Below are positions 1 to 11,750 of a stretch of 64,000 nt of DNA, one piece after another. The stretch's first letter is position 1; every line of letters begins with the position of its first letter. The DNA is taken from contig NC_058383.1 of assembly GCF_018350175.1 (NCBI RefSeq), forward strand, positions 8,930,001-8,994,000, in the 5' to 3' direction. The position numbers and the translations under genes are program-made. The notes beneath the pieces were generated by a model. It saw nothing but the letters and a program-made list of their open reading frames with translations. It was not told where the DNA came from and made no database searches. Source of the DNA: Felis catus. Taxonomy: Eukaryota.

Positions 1-1730
1 AAGGGTCTGGGGTTTCGACTGGGGGGCCAGAGGGGGCTTCTCCAGCAGAATCAGACATCTGTGTCCAGAGTAGCCACTCAAAAACGAGCGGTCTCCGCGT
101 GTCTCACTTTTTTAAACGAGAGAGTTGAAGAAGAACACTCAGTGCAAGGAACTCCAGAGACGTAGAAAAGCAAAGTTCAGTTCCCCAAAGCCTCCTAGAG
201 CCTCTGGTTAAGACTTCTGGGTTCATGAAGTTTCAGCGAGCCCTGGTCGGAGAGGGCGGCGCGGCAGCGGCCTGGCGGAGACCGTGGCTTCCGAGGGAGA
301 GAGCGGTTTCTTGCAAGCCTCGCGTGGGTTGCTGTGTTCTGTTGGCTTTTCTTGTTGTGATTGTGGTTGTTTTCCTTGCACACAGAGTTGGTCAAAACCG
401 TCTTGCATCTTGCGAAGCAACAGTGTATTCTGGTCCGGCTGTGGCTTGAGGACCCACACCAGCGAGGTGGGGGGGATCCCCTCCCCGCTTAATGCGGTGA
501 AGCTCTGAAGCTTAGAGGGAGGAACACAGCCTAACACAGCCCGTTGCTTGCTAATCGGGTGTGAAGGTGGGGTGGGGCCCAGGAGAAGGGGGCTGCCCGC
601 CAGGCCGAGGTCCAGGTGGGGCCGCGCGGCCGACCCTCGCTCCCAGAGGGCCCCCCCCCAACTCCGACTCGCTTTCTGTGCCATGACTTCCCTTCTCTGA
701 AATTGTCGGGGGTCCTGATTCTGTCCTCATCTCTGAAAGAAAGCCCTCCGATGGAATAACCACCCCCATCTCCCCCACCCCGCGCCCCAAAGAGTTCTCA
801 TTTCTCTCGAATCAGTCTATGCATTTCTCTCTTGAGCCGTTTTCTGCCTCTTTCCTGGGGAAAACGGGCCTCTCCTGTCCCACCGAGACCCCTCAGAAGA
901 CGCTGTGCATTTTGGAGACGTGAGGATTCGTGCAAAACTCTTTACCGCGTTTGAGAACAACTCGTTAGCAAATACAAGTGGGGGAAAAAAAAGCAGCAGC
1001 AACAGAAAAGGTGGGTTTCCCCACGTCCCTTTCCACTGAGTAAGACCTAGCTCTTTGCAATGTGCAATAACTACTTGCCGCGAGGGCGGGGAGCACCACG
1101 CTCCTGCCCAGACTACTAACACAGCACAAGACAAGCTCGCTCGCAGAGTGGCGGACTTCTTCCGGAAAACTCTTCATAAGCTCAGCTCCCCCCCACCCCC
1201 ACCCCCACCCCCCAGTGTATCGTGGTGTCTTACATTTTAGCAGTATTTTATATTTTCTGTAACGCACTAAGTCTTAGATGTTTTTAGAGCTCGTTTGTTA
1301 CTACAATCACAGACCTTTTTTTTTTTTTTAAATCCTCACAGAGACCCGATTGACCAAAAACAAAAACAAAAAACAAACGAAAAAAAAAAAAAAAAGGCGT
1401 CGTTTTTGTACAAATAGCTTTGAGAAGCCTCTGTTGTGTTGCTGTGACCCATCTCTGGTAACATTTTTTTTTTCTTGCTATTTGTTTTGGACATTAAGAG
1501 TCAAAAGTTGATCCAGCTGGCGTGGGGGTGGGGGAGGCACCCGTCGGCCCCTCGACGTCGTCCCTTCTGTCTTTGGTTAGCCATACGATGTCTGTTCTCA
1601 GCACTGTACAACGGTCCCTATATGATATGGAGAAGCAATATCACTGTATGAAACTCACACCATGTATTATTATTATTCACTAGCACCCTAGGTGTGATAA
1701 TTGAAGTAAATATCTTTTATACAAACACAA
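1..1730 (+). other. CUX1: Distal 3' UTR of the CUX1 homeodomain (p200) isoform, lying inside a CASP-isoform intron
   Basis: Non-coding, U/A-tract-rich sequence with miRNA seed matches and a terminal poly(A) architecture. It lies upstream of the CASP-specific exons, where the known CUX1 structure places the last p200 exon. Inferred; no p200 coding exon is in the window. Confidence 0.65.
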
Positions 1731-1753
1731 GAATGTGTGGGTTGTGTTTATTT
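1705..1753 (+). terminator. Candidate non-canonical poly(A) site (AGTAAA plus GU-rich downstream element)
   Basis: AGTAAA at 1705-1710, several upstream TGTA motifs, CA about 20 nt downstream, then TGTGTGGGTTGTGTTTATTT at 1734-1753. Confidence 0.55.
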
Positions 1754-1829
1754 AAAGTGCCCCGGCCTGAGGAGAAGCAGCAAACACTGTCATTCTGTGT
1801 CCAAAGGGCACCTCGGGGACTGCCATTCT

Positions 1830-1948
1830 GGGGGCGCCTGGGTGGCTCAGTCGGTTGAGCGTCTGGCTCTTGATGTCGGCTCGTGATCCCAGGGTCGTGG
1901 GATCGCACCGCGCGTTGGGCTCCTTGCTGAGTGTGGAGTCTGCTTGGG

Positions 1949-1990
<42 letters not shown>

Positions 1991-2045
1991 CCTCTCCCCC
2001 GCTCGTGCTCTCTCTCTCTGTCTCTCTAAAATAAAACAAAAAAAG
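1830..2045 (+). mobile_element. Carnivore SINE (SINEC)
   Basis: GGGGCGCCTGGGTGGCTCAGTCGGTTGAGC head, (CT)n tract, A-rich tail. Confidence 0.93.
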
Positions 2046-3308
2046 TATTGCCATCCCTCCGCCTCCCAGTGTCCCCGATGGCAGGTGTCGGCAGAAACCT
2101 GGCGTGGGGTGGGACGCGCGGGTCTCTGCGCACCAGCTGGCCCCGCTCTCTGCTCTCCACCGGGTCTGCGTCCCCGCTTGCTGTTGTCACCCTTGCTGTT
2201 TGAGGACCAGGAATGGTAGTCGGCAGTGCTGAGCGAGGCACTAGGCTGATGGTAGCAGCCCAGTAAGTGGGGCTCAGGGGCCCCAGGGCTGCGGCCAGGT
2301 ACGTCTTCAGAGCAGCCAGCGCTCAGCCGGTGGCCTGGCTTTGCCTGCTCTGTGGGGATCTCTCGCCTTGTCCCTGAATCGCGACGTGAAGGATAAGCCA
2401 GGGGCGCTGGTTAATGCGAGCAAGTGAGCGGGAAGAGGAAGGAGGAAGTGATGTCTGTGGGTTTCTGGAATGATCGGGCTCCTGAGAAAGGGTCTCCAGC
2501 CAGCGCTCGAGGCTGGAGGCAAGAGAGCTCCGCAGAGTTGGCTGGTTTCTGATCTTGAAATCTAGAAGGTTGGAAAAGAATTGGCCATTCCTCACCCATG
2601 TGTGACGGGGGGGCGGGGGCGTGATTAGTTTGTTGTGCATTAATTTGTAGGTTTCGGAATGAGACGCTCCTAATGTGACACGGGAGCCTCAGGGATCCTG
2701 CCTCCAGTGGGAGGAGCCCCCCAGCACAAGACGGTCCGGCACCAAGGCCAGGCACTCCCGGCAGCCCTGCGCCTCATCTGGTCACTCAGGGACCTGAGCG
2801 CATCTAGAACTGTCCCCGAATGTCTGCCCCCACAGATGGGAGAAATGTGCCTAAAACCAACAGAGCTCTGTCCGTCTGACTTTGACAAACTTGAAGTCTG
2901 ATTCAGCTAACATTATCTGCGACTTTGAGCAGATTGCTAGTTTATGTATGCCCCGTCCCCCTTCAAAGATCTGGTAACTAAATTAAAATGTAAAATGTAA
3001 AAAAATTAAAAAAAAAAAAAAACACTTGGCACAAAATCTCTTAACCCAGAAAGTCTCCCCAGGTGCTTTTAAAGGGAGATTTAATTAAGCAAAACTGCTG
3101 TTCCCCGTGGTTTGGTCGGCCTGACTCGTTTTGCAAACTGCCAGTTCCTAAGGCAGAGGAGGGACTGCGACTGGGGGGGGGGGGTGGCCCTACTCCCGGC
3201 TGGGCCCCCAGCCTCCCTCCTCCCCCTACAGTTAGGTGAGTCTGAGCAATGATGTGCCTTGTTTGATGCCCGGAGGAAACACGGTCGGTGATACAGGGGG
3301 TGAAGCAA

Positions 3309-3637
3309 CGGTTGAGCCTTGGAAAACATGGAGGTTTGGGGCGCCGACCCCCCCCATGTAGTCGAAAATCCGCGCATAACCCTGGACTCCCCCAAAACAT
3401 AACTACTAATGGCCTACCGTTGACCCGAAAACTTTCCGGTAATGTAGTCGCGGAACACGTTTTGTATTTATACGTATGATACGCTGTATTCTTACAATAA
3501 AGTCAGCTAGAAAAAAAAAACGTTGTTAAGAAAATCCTAAGGAAGAAAAAATATGTGTGCGGTACGGTGCTCTTCAAAACACCCGCCGTCTAAGTGGACC
3601 CGCGCGATTCAAGCCCGCGTTGTCCAAGGGGCCGCAG
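3309..3637. mobile_element. Tigger2-family (TcMar-Tigger) non-autonomous DNA transposon
   Basis: Degenerate terminal inverted repeats resembling CAGTTGACCCTTGAACAAC at both ends. Internal GGGGCGCCGACCCCCC...GTCGAAAATCCGCG...CTGTATTCTTACAATAAAG matches my recollection of the Tigger2a consensus. Confidence 0.75.
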
Positions 3638-5179
3638 GAGGTATTAGAGTGTGCGAGCCATCCGCCGTGATCCTGTCTGCTCGTGTTTGGGGTACGGCCT
3701 GCCTCCTCCGCAGCCCCAGCGTGCCGGCTCTGGGGGGGGCACGCGGCTTGCTGGTCTCCGCTTGGGCGCGGCATCGGTTCCTGTGAGGGGGCAGGGGTGT
3801 GGGGGGCCGAGCTGAGAGCCCAGAGGGCCCCGGAGAGCCGCCGTTTTGATGTCGGTGGGGGGCTTCCGGTCACCAGGCCCTTGATCTGCATCTGGCCCAC
3901 CCAGTGTGGGGTGAGCCAATTTAGTAGAAGCAGGAAGCAGGGCGCGTGCAGAGTCTGGGGCATTCGGAACTTAGCACCTCTTCCAGGATGTCACTAGGAA
4001 GGGCTTTTTTTTTTTTCCAGGAAATTGGTTTGTGGACGGGTAAAAGGCTGTTCTGTTGGGACAGTGGAACGGGGGGCGGGGAGGGGGCTCCAGGGAGTGA
4101 GGTTTGAGGACCCCGCTCACCTTCCAGTGAGGCATCGGTCAAGTGGCAACGCACGGGACTCCCAGTGTCTTCTCTTACCAGCTGGCTGGTGGTGGCCTTG
4201 GGCAAGTCCCGGTCAATGCTCAGGAAACCCTTTCTCAAAGAATGAATGAGTTTTAGCTTCTTTGAGATTCCATTTCTGTCTCTTTGAAGGGGATATAATA
4301 ATGCCGGACTCGAAGGGCTGCTGACAGGTGGGGGGGGGGGGGGACCGAGCGATGGCACCTGTAGGCGCAGCGCCCAACCCACGGCGGGCACTCGGGACGT
4401 GGCAGTTGGAGCTGTTGATGTGGGTGTCATGTCATTGGATTTAGTGGCTGGAGAAGCTTCCTCTAGTCACAGTTGTGTCCACCTTGTGCCGGGGCGGGAG
4501 GGGACCCTACGCAGGGCCGGGCCCTCTGGTGGGTTTGCCAGAGCACCAGTGGCTGCGGCCTGACCACCGCCAGTGACGCCCAGTGACACACGGCGGGCAC
4601 ACAGGTGGGGCGGCAGAGTCCCCCACACCCAGTAGCTCTCTGTCCAGTCCTTCACGGGCTTAGTCAGCAGATCGTCACTGACAACTGCCCTGTGCCGGGG
4701 ACACGCTCCGGGCTAGGAGTCCGGCAGCCTCAAGTGGTTCACGGCCCAGAGGGGAGACAGAGCAGGTGCACAACCACAGCCCAGGTCCGGGCCTGTAATT
4801 GGCATTGAGGGGGCACCGGAGCACCGGCTTGGGAAAAGGCAGGAGACCTTGATGGGGAGTGGCCTTGAAGCGGGAAGAGCCATCTGCAGGAGGCAGGGAG
4901 GGCACACGAGAGTGAGAGGCAGCATGTGCCCAAGTCAAAAACGGATCCGCAGTCCCAGTTCAGGGCATGGCCCAGAGGATTCTGGGTGAGGCCTGGGCAG
5001 TTATCAGGTGGTGGGACCAGCAGAGACCAGCTGGCCATGCCAGGCCCTTGCTGCCTGTGTCCAGCCACCTCTGACCCAACCTGGGAGACTGTGTGGCCCC
5101 GGAAATCCCTTTGCAACTTTCCACCTAAGGGAATGGGCGCTTCCCCGCTGCGGGGGAGCAAACTCAGCCCGTCAGCTAG

Positions 5180-6435
5180 TAGGCATTAAGGGCTAACTGT
5201 GTGCCACTGATCTGGGCACTGCAGTGATAGCAGGGGACAAACAAGGAGCTTGCCTTTTAGTGGGGGCTGTCAGACGGTAGACATAATAAGTAAGAGAATG
5301 CCACAGTGCTTTAGACGGTGATAAGTGTTATGGGACAGAAACGAGGGAAGGAGGACAACTGGAAAATCAAGCAGAGGAGTTACAGTTTTAAACCAGGAGG
5401 TCAGGGTAGGCCTCCTTAAGAACCTAACGTGTGAACAGAGTCTTGACAGAGGGGAGGGAATGAACTAGGCCGATGCCTGAGGTCAGAACATTCCAGGAAG
5501 AGGGGAAACAGTAAGTGCAAAGGTCCTGTGGCGTCAATGTGCCTGGGAGCCAGACGAGCTGGAGCACAGCCACCAAGGGAAAGAGTGGGAGGCAACCAGG
5601 TCAGAGAGATGAGGACAGGGCAGGGCTCGGAGGCCGTTGTAGAGTTTTGGCTATTACTCTGAGGGATGTAGGGCCCATTGGACGGTGTGAACAGAAGGTG
5701 GTCCGATCTCACTGTTTAAAAGACTCTCTGACTGCTGCTTTGTGATTGTAGGGGTGGGGGTGGGAAAAGGGAAGTCAGCGAGGAAGCTGTCACCATAATG
5801 ACAAGAGCCGACGACCGGCACCTGCTGGCAGCGGCCGTGAAAAGTGATTGGAGTCTAGACGTGTTTTGATGGTAGGGCCGAAGATAGGACTTGAGACAGA
5901 TTAGATGAAAGGAGTCATAGAGAAGGAGCAAGGGTGGCCCCCAGGGAATCGGGCCGGGCCACTCACGGGTGGCCCGGCCTCTGCTCCCACCGCCCCGAGG
6001 ATACCACCTCCTGGGCTGTGCAAAGGGGGTCCAGCTGGGGTGAGGCAGGCTTGGGGGCCGGGGGGATCGGCCTTCAGGCTGGACCTGTTTGGACTCCGCA
6101 CAGTGAGCTCAGGGAGAGGAGCGGCCTGGACGACATGCTGGAGAGTTACCAGCTTTCAGAGGCATGCAAGGTGGCCAGAGGGAAGGGACGGGACGGTGGT
6201 GTGCGGGGCCAGCTCCGGGTGCCTCAGTGTTGAGAGCTGAGCAGGGAGAAGGGGCGGCACAGGCAAGGGGGGGCAGGAGGCCTGAGAAGCCGGGTGCTGG
6301 TGGGTCAGTAAGACGGGGGCTGGGGACACAGCAGTGTGTGCGACGTCATCGGCCACCCGGCGAGGACAGTCGGCATGGTGGGCGTCCAAGTCAGACGGGA
6401 AAGGTTTAAGGGCACTTGGGAAGTGGAGTCAAGAG

Positions 6436-6476
<41 letters not shown>

Positions 6477-6750
6477 CCAGAACGAGGTCAACACGCTGGT
6501 GTATTTGTGGACAGGAGCACAAGAGCCGATGGCACAGGAGAGAAGGCGCTCACGGGCTAGGGTGCTCTGGCCTGGGAGTGGGGGCAGGGGGAGGGGAGGG
6601 GAGCTGCCACCTGCAGGTGCGGGAGCCCTCAGCGCTCATCTCTGGGCACCTGTGGGGACAGACAGGTGCAGAGACGGTGTGTGACGAGCAGCCCCGGCAC
6701 TCCCAGCTGGCTCGCAAGTGGCTGGTGGAATGACGCGGGGTCCCCCACCC
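5180..6750 (-). mobile_element. Degraded LINE-2 fragment(s)
   Basis: Purine-rich L2-like motifs (ctgtgtgcca...gcactgcagtgatagcag...acaaac; aacattccaggaagaggg...aagtgcaaaggtcctg). Old element, approximate limits. Confidence 0.55.
6438..6475. repeat. (TG)n microsatellite
   Basis: Uninterrupted GT dinucleotide run. Confidence 0.97.
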
Positions 6751-9700
6751 CCGAGAAAGCTTCAGGCTGGACCTGTTTGGACTCCACACCCCCGGGCCTG
6801 CCGTCCAGTTGTGCTAAGTTGCGCATTTAATCGGCCCACGGTCCGAAATCGTGCCTCGATCTTAAGTCATAGTCCAGTCTCCTTAAGTCTTGACCTTGAT
6901 GTTGCTTGGATTTCTTTCTCCCCTCTGGGAAGTGCACCCTCCAGGAAGCCTTCCCGGATTCTCCCAGAAGGACGAGGTCCCCCGAACTTTCGTGGGGGGA
7001 GGCTGTCTGGCTCACACACAGGCATTCCTCTATCAGTCACCCCTGTCCCCACACCTCCCCCTGCCCAGCCTCTCCCTCTCCAGAAGCTTCCCCCTCATTC
7101 TTGGATACAGCATCCTGCGTGCCTCCTGCTCCAGGTTCTGCCCACTGCACGGCACCATCCGGTGTCTGTCCGGAGTGGGCTTGTCCCCAGGTCCCCCCAC
7201 ACCCCTGCCGCTCCCGCTCCACCACGCCTTGACCGGTGGCTTCCCTCGGTCTCCTTGCTCAGCCTTTCTTGAGACGCCGGTGACCCCTCCTTGACTCACT
7301 GACAGTCACTATTCACCTTGGCACTTTGGCACGCTTCCTCCTGATTCCCCCCCCCCTCCGCCCCGCATCCTGCCACCTCCTCTCTGGGTCTTTTCTGTGA
7401 CACCCCTGAACGTGTCCGCATTCCTGAAGATTCTGGCCATTCTCACAGCAGCTCTCTCTGGGCTTCCATGTTCGCCGCCCTGGGGGTGGGATCCGGCGGG
7501 GGGTGGGGGCGGGTGGAGGGGGGGTGCTGAGCTCTCCCTGCCTCCTGCCACGGGTCCCCCTCCCCTATCCACACGACCCCTCAGCCGGTCCACTGGCACC
7601 TTGTACTCACCAAAGCCCAACGATGCTGCTGCTCTCCCCTTCCCCACTTGGGGAGCCAGTTCCAGGCACGGGCTTCCCCCCCTGGGTTCTGTATGACAAA
7701 GGGGTCACAACTGTCTCCAGTTCCTTCTCCTGCCTTGTCCCTGGGCCAGAACTCAAGCCCAGTTCCGCCAGAATCCGGCTCAGGCCTCCCTTGACACCAC
7801 TGAGTGGCCACCCGGAGAGGTGACCCCTAACTTCTTGGTCTGAGATGCTCCTTCCCCCGGTAGAGGAGGCAGAGGAAAGCAAGGAGGTGGCAGCCAGGGG
7901 ACCCTCACGTAGCAGATTTAAGTGGCTCGGGACTCTGTGTCCCAAGTGCCAAGCGGGGTCTCTAACTGAGGTCCCTCCTTTGGGGATGCCCACGCGGTCA
8001 TTCTCGTCCCCGCGGCGTGGAGCGACAGTTCGCCGCCGGGGTCTGGCTGGGCTCCTCGACGGCGTCCAGGTCCTGGCTCTGGGGCCTCCCGTGTCCCACC
8101 ACACCCGGGGCCGTCCTTCAGCTTTACCCCTTCCCCTCCGCTGGCCCGCCGTGCCCAGCCTCTTCCCCACGCCCCAGGGGCAGCGGTCCACCGAGTCCGC
8201 TGTGAGTGCGTGCCCGCCAGCCCTCAGATCTGCACAGAGCCACCGCTTCGGGGACGGCCACTCCCAACACCCAGCTTTGCGCCCCCCCCCCCCCACAGCG
8301 GTCCCCTCGGTGGCGGACCCAGCGTCTGGGGCGGCCCAGAACACAGGGTTTGCTGTCAGGGCCCCTCACGTGCCCAGCGTCACGTGTGTGCGTGGGCAGG
8401 GAACGTGTGCCCACACCCACAGCAGCGGGCACAGGCACGAAGGCACAGGAAACCTGGGCGGGGCGCCCCCTCCGCTCCCCCGTGCCCACCACGGGTTCCA
8501 GGAGCTGCAGATCGCCCTTACCCCAGGGGCCTGGCCAGGAACGTGCTGGAATGGCCACACGCCGGTGGCAGATCAAGGAATCCTCTTGCTGGCCTCTCTG
8601 TCCCTTCTGTCCCCAGGGCCTACGGCCCGAAGGCCAGACCCCAACCCTGCCCCCCCACCCCCACAGCTCTCCCTCCATGACCTGACCCTGCCCTCAGATC
8701 CAGCCTCCTCCCCCAACCCCCTCCCCCCCAGACCCTCACTTTCACCACCACACCTACCTGCCGGGTACCGACGTCTGAAGGAAGAAGGCCATTCAGGGCC
8801 TGAACCGGTGCAGACCCTGCGGTGGGGAAGGGCTGCGACATGGCCAGGAGTGGACCCCCTTAGGTTTGGGCCTGGACCAAGAGGCCTCAGTTTTTCATCT
8901 ATAAAATGGGGATCGCCTTTTCTGCCTGATTGAATTGTTAGGAGATGTGTAAAGAACTCGGGCGTGCAGTGGGCCCCCGGGAGATGGAGCAGGTAGGGGT
9001 GGGGTCAGCTGCCCCCCCCTCCCCCAGCCCGGGACGCTGAGCATGGCCAAGGCCAGGTTGGCCAGCAGGTCAGCAGGCGGCACAGTGATTGACCGGCGAA
9101 TCACTGTGATGGGGAGAGGACGGGCAGTTCTTCTGACACTGCCCATAGCCTCGAGCCTTTGGGCATTTCTGGTGTCACAGTGCCCCCTGGTGGCCATGCG
9201 GTCTATCCCAGAGGACAGCGCCCAGGGCCTCAGGCCTCCAGCGCCTTCTCTGTTGAGGCCAAGACAGGGCCATGCTGCTGCCCAGAGCCGCAGCCAACCA
9301 GGAGTAGAGCCAGACCTCAAGCTCAGGTCGGCTGGCCCCCGGGCCCCCGCCGTCCCCCCTGCCACTGGCTGCTGATGGCACCCACCGGGGCCTGGATTAG
9401 ATCTCCCCAATATCTCCCACCCTCCACACAAAATTATTTTGGATTGGCGCCGTCGCGAAGACACTTGGGTGGCACGTGGGTGGATCAGAGGTTTCTTGGG
9501 GGGCCACCCCACCCCCTCACTGGGCCAGAGCCTGTTGAGGAAGAGGCCAAGCAAGTCTGGCCTTGAGCTCCAGAGGTGGGACCCCTCACTCCCCCACCTC
9601 CTGCTGGATCTGCTGGGGGCCTGCCCACCCCTGCGCCTCCTACCGCCTGCTGAAACCTTTCTCTCTGACTCCTACCCCGAGGCCTCGCTCTGGTTGTTAT

Positions 9701-10024
9701 CCCAGGGCACCGGCCCTGGAAGGAACGTGGGGTTTGCCGGGTTCCACCTGCTTGTCTTGCTTGACAGAGGCAAAGCGAGGCCTGGAGCGGGCCAGGGGCT
9801 GGCCAGGCTGGTCACGGCAGAGCCAGAGTGGACCCGTTCCTCCCGCATCCCCGACCTGGGCTCCTTCCCGTCCCCGCGTAATGAGTTCTTAGAGCCAGGA
9901 GCACCCCTGGCCTCGCTGGTTGGCCTAATGGTGGTGCCTTAGGCAGCGGCACGGGCTGTGGGCTGGAGAGGCGGCACGGGCCACACCAGGCTCCCTCTGA
10001 CGACCACGTCTTCCTCTGGCACAG

Positions 10025-10152
10025 GGCGCTGCGCGGATCTGCAAGCCCACGTCACCGAGGCCACGGCCACGGCCGCTGAGCAGAGGGACCTGATCGCCCG
10101 CTTGGAGCAGGACCTCAGTACCATCCAGTCCATTCAGCGGCCAGACGCCGAG
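10025..10152 (+). CDS. CUX1: CUX1 CASP-isoform exon 1 of 9 in window (GRCADLQAHVTEATATAAEQRDLIARLEQDLSTIQSIQRPDAE)
   Basis: cacAG acceptor, GAG|gtgag donor, phase 1 to 0. Peptide matches the start of the CASP-specific coiled-coil region. Confidence 0.96.
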
Positions 10153-10833
10153 GTGAGCCCGCCCCCTCCACCCTGCCCCCTCACCGCCTGCCCCAGGCTT
10201 TGAGTCTGGAAATTGCGACTCTGCGGGTTGACCAGCCCGGTCCTCGGGCAGCTGGTGTCCACCGGCCCCCACAAGGCCCGCGGGGGCTGTCACCCACAGC
10301 CTCTGAACATCGCCTGCACACGTCACCGCCAAGGCCCGGTTCCGGGACGCCGGACCACAGGGCACGGGGGGCAGGCTTCCTGGAGCTGGCACGAGGCACC
10401 CTGTGTCCAGGCGCCGGCTTGGAACTGGGCCTTGGGAGCTGTGGGCTCACCCAGCCAGCCCACAGCTAGAGGACTGAGGCCGCAAGAGTATGGAAGGCTG
10501 GGACACAGGGCCCTCGGAAGTCGCTCTGCTCTGTCCCCCACCTCATTTTATAGATGAAGAAATGGGGCTCAGCGAGAGCAGCCGGGCCGGCCCAGGTCAC
10601 CCAGCAGGCTGGCGGGCAGGGCCGAGCGGCCCCGTGACAGCACCGCCGCTGAGCTCCCGCCTCGGGGTCAATTTAAGGCCCAGCCTTCCCTTTGGCGGCC
10701 CACGTAAGGCACCCTCTCCGGGCCTCTCGTGGCCACCAGCGTGCCCAGCCCTGCCGCCAGGCCGCCCCGCCTGGGCCTTGCCCCCCATCTGTTCGGTAGC
10801 ACGTATGGAGGAGCCTCTTCCTCTCCCCTGCAG

Positions 10834-10900
10834 GGCGCCGCTGAGCACGGCCTGGAGAAGATCCCAGAGCCCATCAAGGAGGCCACTGCCCTGTTCTACG
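10834..10900 (+). CDS. CUX1: CASP exon 2 of 9 (GAAEHGLEKIPEPIKEATALFY)
   Basis: ctgcAG acceptor, G|gtaag donor, 67 nt, phase 0 to 1. Confidence 0.96.
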
Positions 10901-11637
10901 GTAAGCACGGGCTGACCTGTCTCCCAGGCAGCGATGCGCGGGGCAGGAGCAGGGAGAGGAGAGGTGCTACAGTCTGAGCGCTGATCCCTAAAGGGCACTC
11001 CCCTTCCTCAGAGGTCAGGGTCCCCCAGCCCAGCAAGGCAGCAGCAACCTAAACGAGGGGGCTGAGTCCCCCCTACTTGCCCTTCTGTGCCTTAGCTTGA
11101 CATCCCCTCCTAGGACCCTGACCCCCTCTGCCCTGCCAGTGGCCTGTCGACAGCTCCCCACGGGAGGCCTCAGCGCTGAGATGCTGGCAGGGAGCCCCCT
11201 GCGCTGCCGGGGAGGTGGCCTCCTCCGGTCTCGGTATTGAGGCGGAACCCAGGGCTCCGGGGCCAGGACGCTGGAGCGGGGGCTCTCGTGGCTTCCCGGC
11301 ACCTTCAGCGTCCCTTTGCTTCCCCAGGAGCCGGGGCCCGAGTCTGACAGATGCAGGGGTCTCAGACTCAAGTACAGAGGAATGAGGAGGGGGCTTTGGG
11401 GCCTGACCCTCAGACAGCGTGGCCCTCCCCTCCCAGGATCCCTGTTCCCTGTCGCACCTCTTCCGTTGGCCACCCTTCTGTTTCCCCAACCGCCCAGCAC
11501 CTTGTGCTCACACACCTATGCCTCTGCCCCCATGGCACTTGGCCAGAGCTCCGTCAGAGCTGGGGCTGCCCCAGCTGAGGGCCCACTGGTGGGTTCTGCC
11601 TCCCACCACCCCAGGACGCTCTCCCCCTACATCCTAG

Positions 11638-11750
11638 GCCCCTCGGCACCAGCCAGCGGCACCCTCCCCGAGGGCCAGGTAGACTCGCTGCTTTCCATCA
11701 TCTCCAGCCAGAGGGAGCGCTTCCGCGCCCGGAACCAGGAGCTGGAGTCC
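11638..11750 (+). CDS. CUX1: CASP exon 3 of 9 (GPSAPASGTLPEGQVDSLLSIISSQRERFRARNQELES)
   Basis: cctAG acceptor, TCC|gtgag donor, 113 nt. Contains the CASP C-terminal-domain motif SIISSQRERFR. Confidence 0.96.

Noticed and set aside
3496..3501. AATAAA as the main CUX1 p200 poly(A) signal
   Set aside because: It lies inside a Tigger element and precedes a genomic A-run (internal-priming risk). The 1705 site has better context.
6072..6785. 26-bp repeat as a CRISPR-like array
   Set aside because: Only two copies, 688 bp apart, in mammalian DNA.
7845..8933. 362-aa ORF on the + strand
   Set aside because: Pro/Gly/Ala/Arg-rich with no recognisable domain, and long ORFs overlap in several frames. 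This is expected from GC-rich intronic DNA.
9213..9222. REST/RE1 half site GGACAGCGCC
   Set aside because: The matching TTCAGCACC half is absent at the required spacing.
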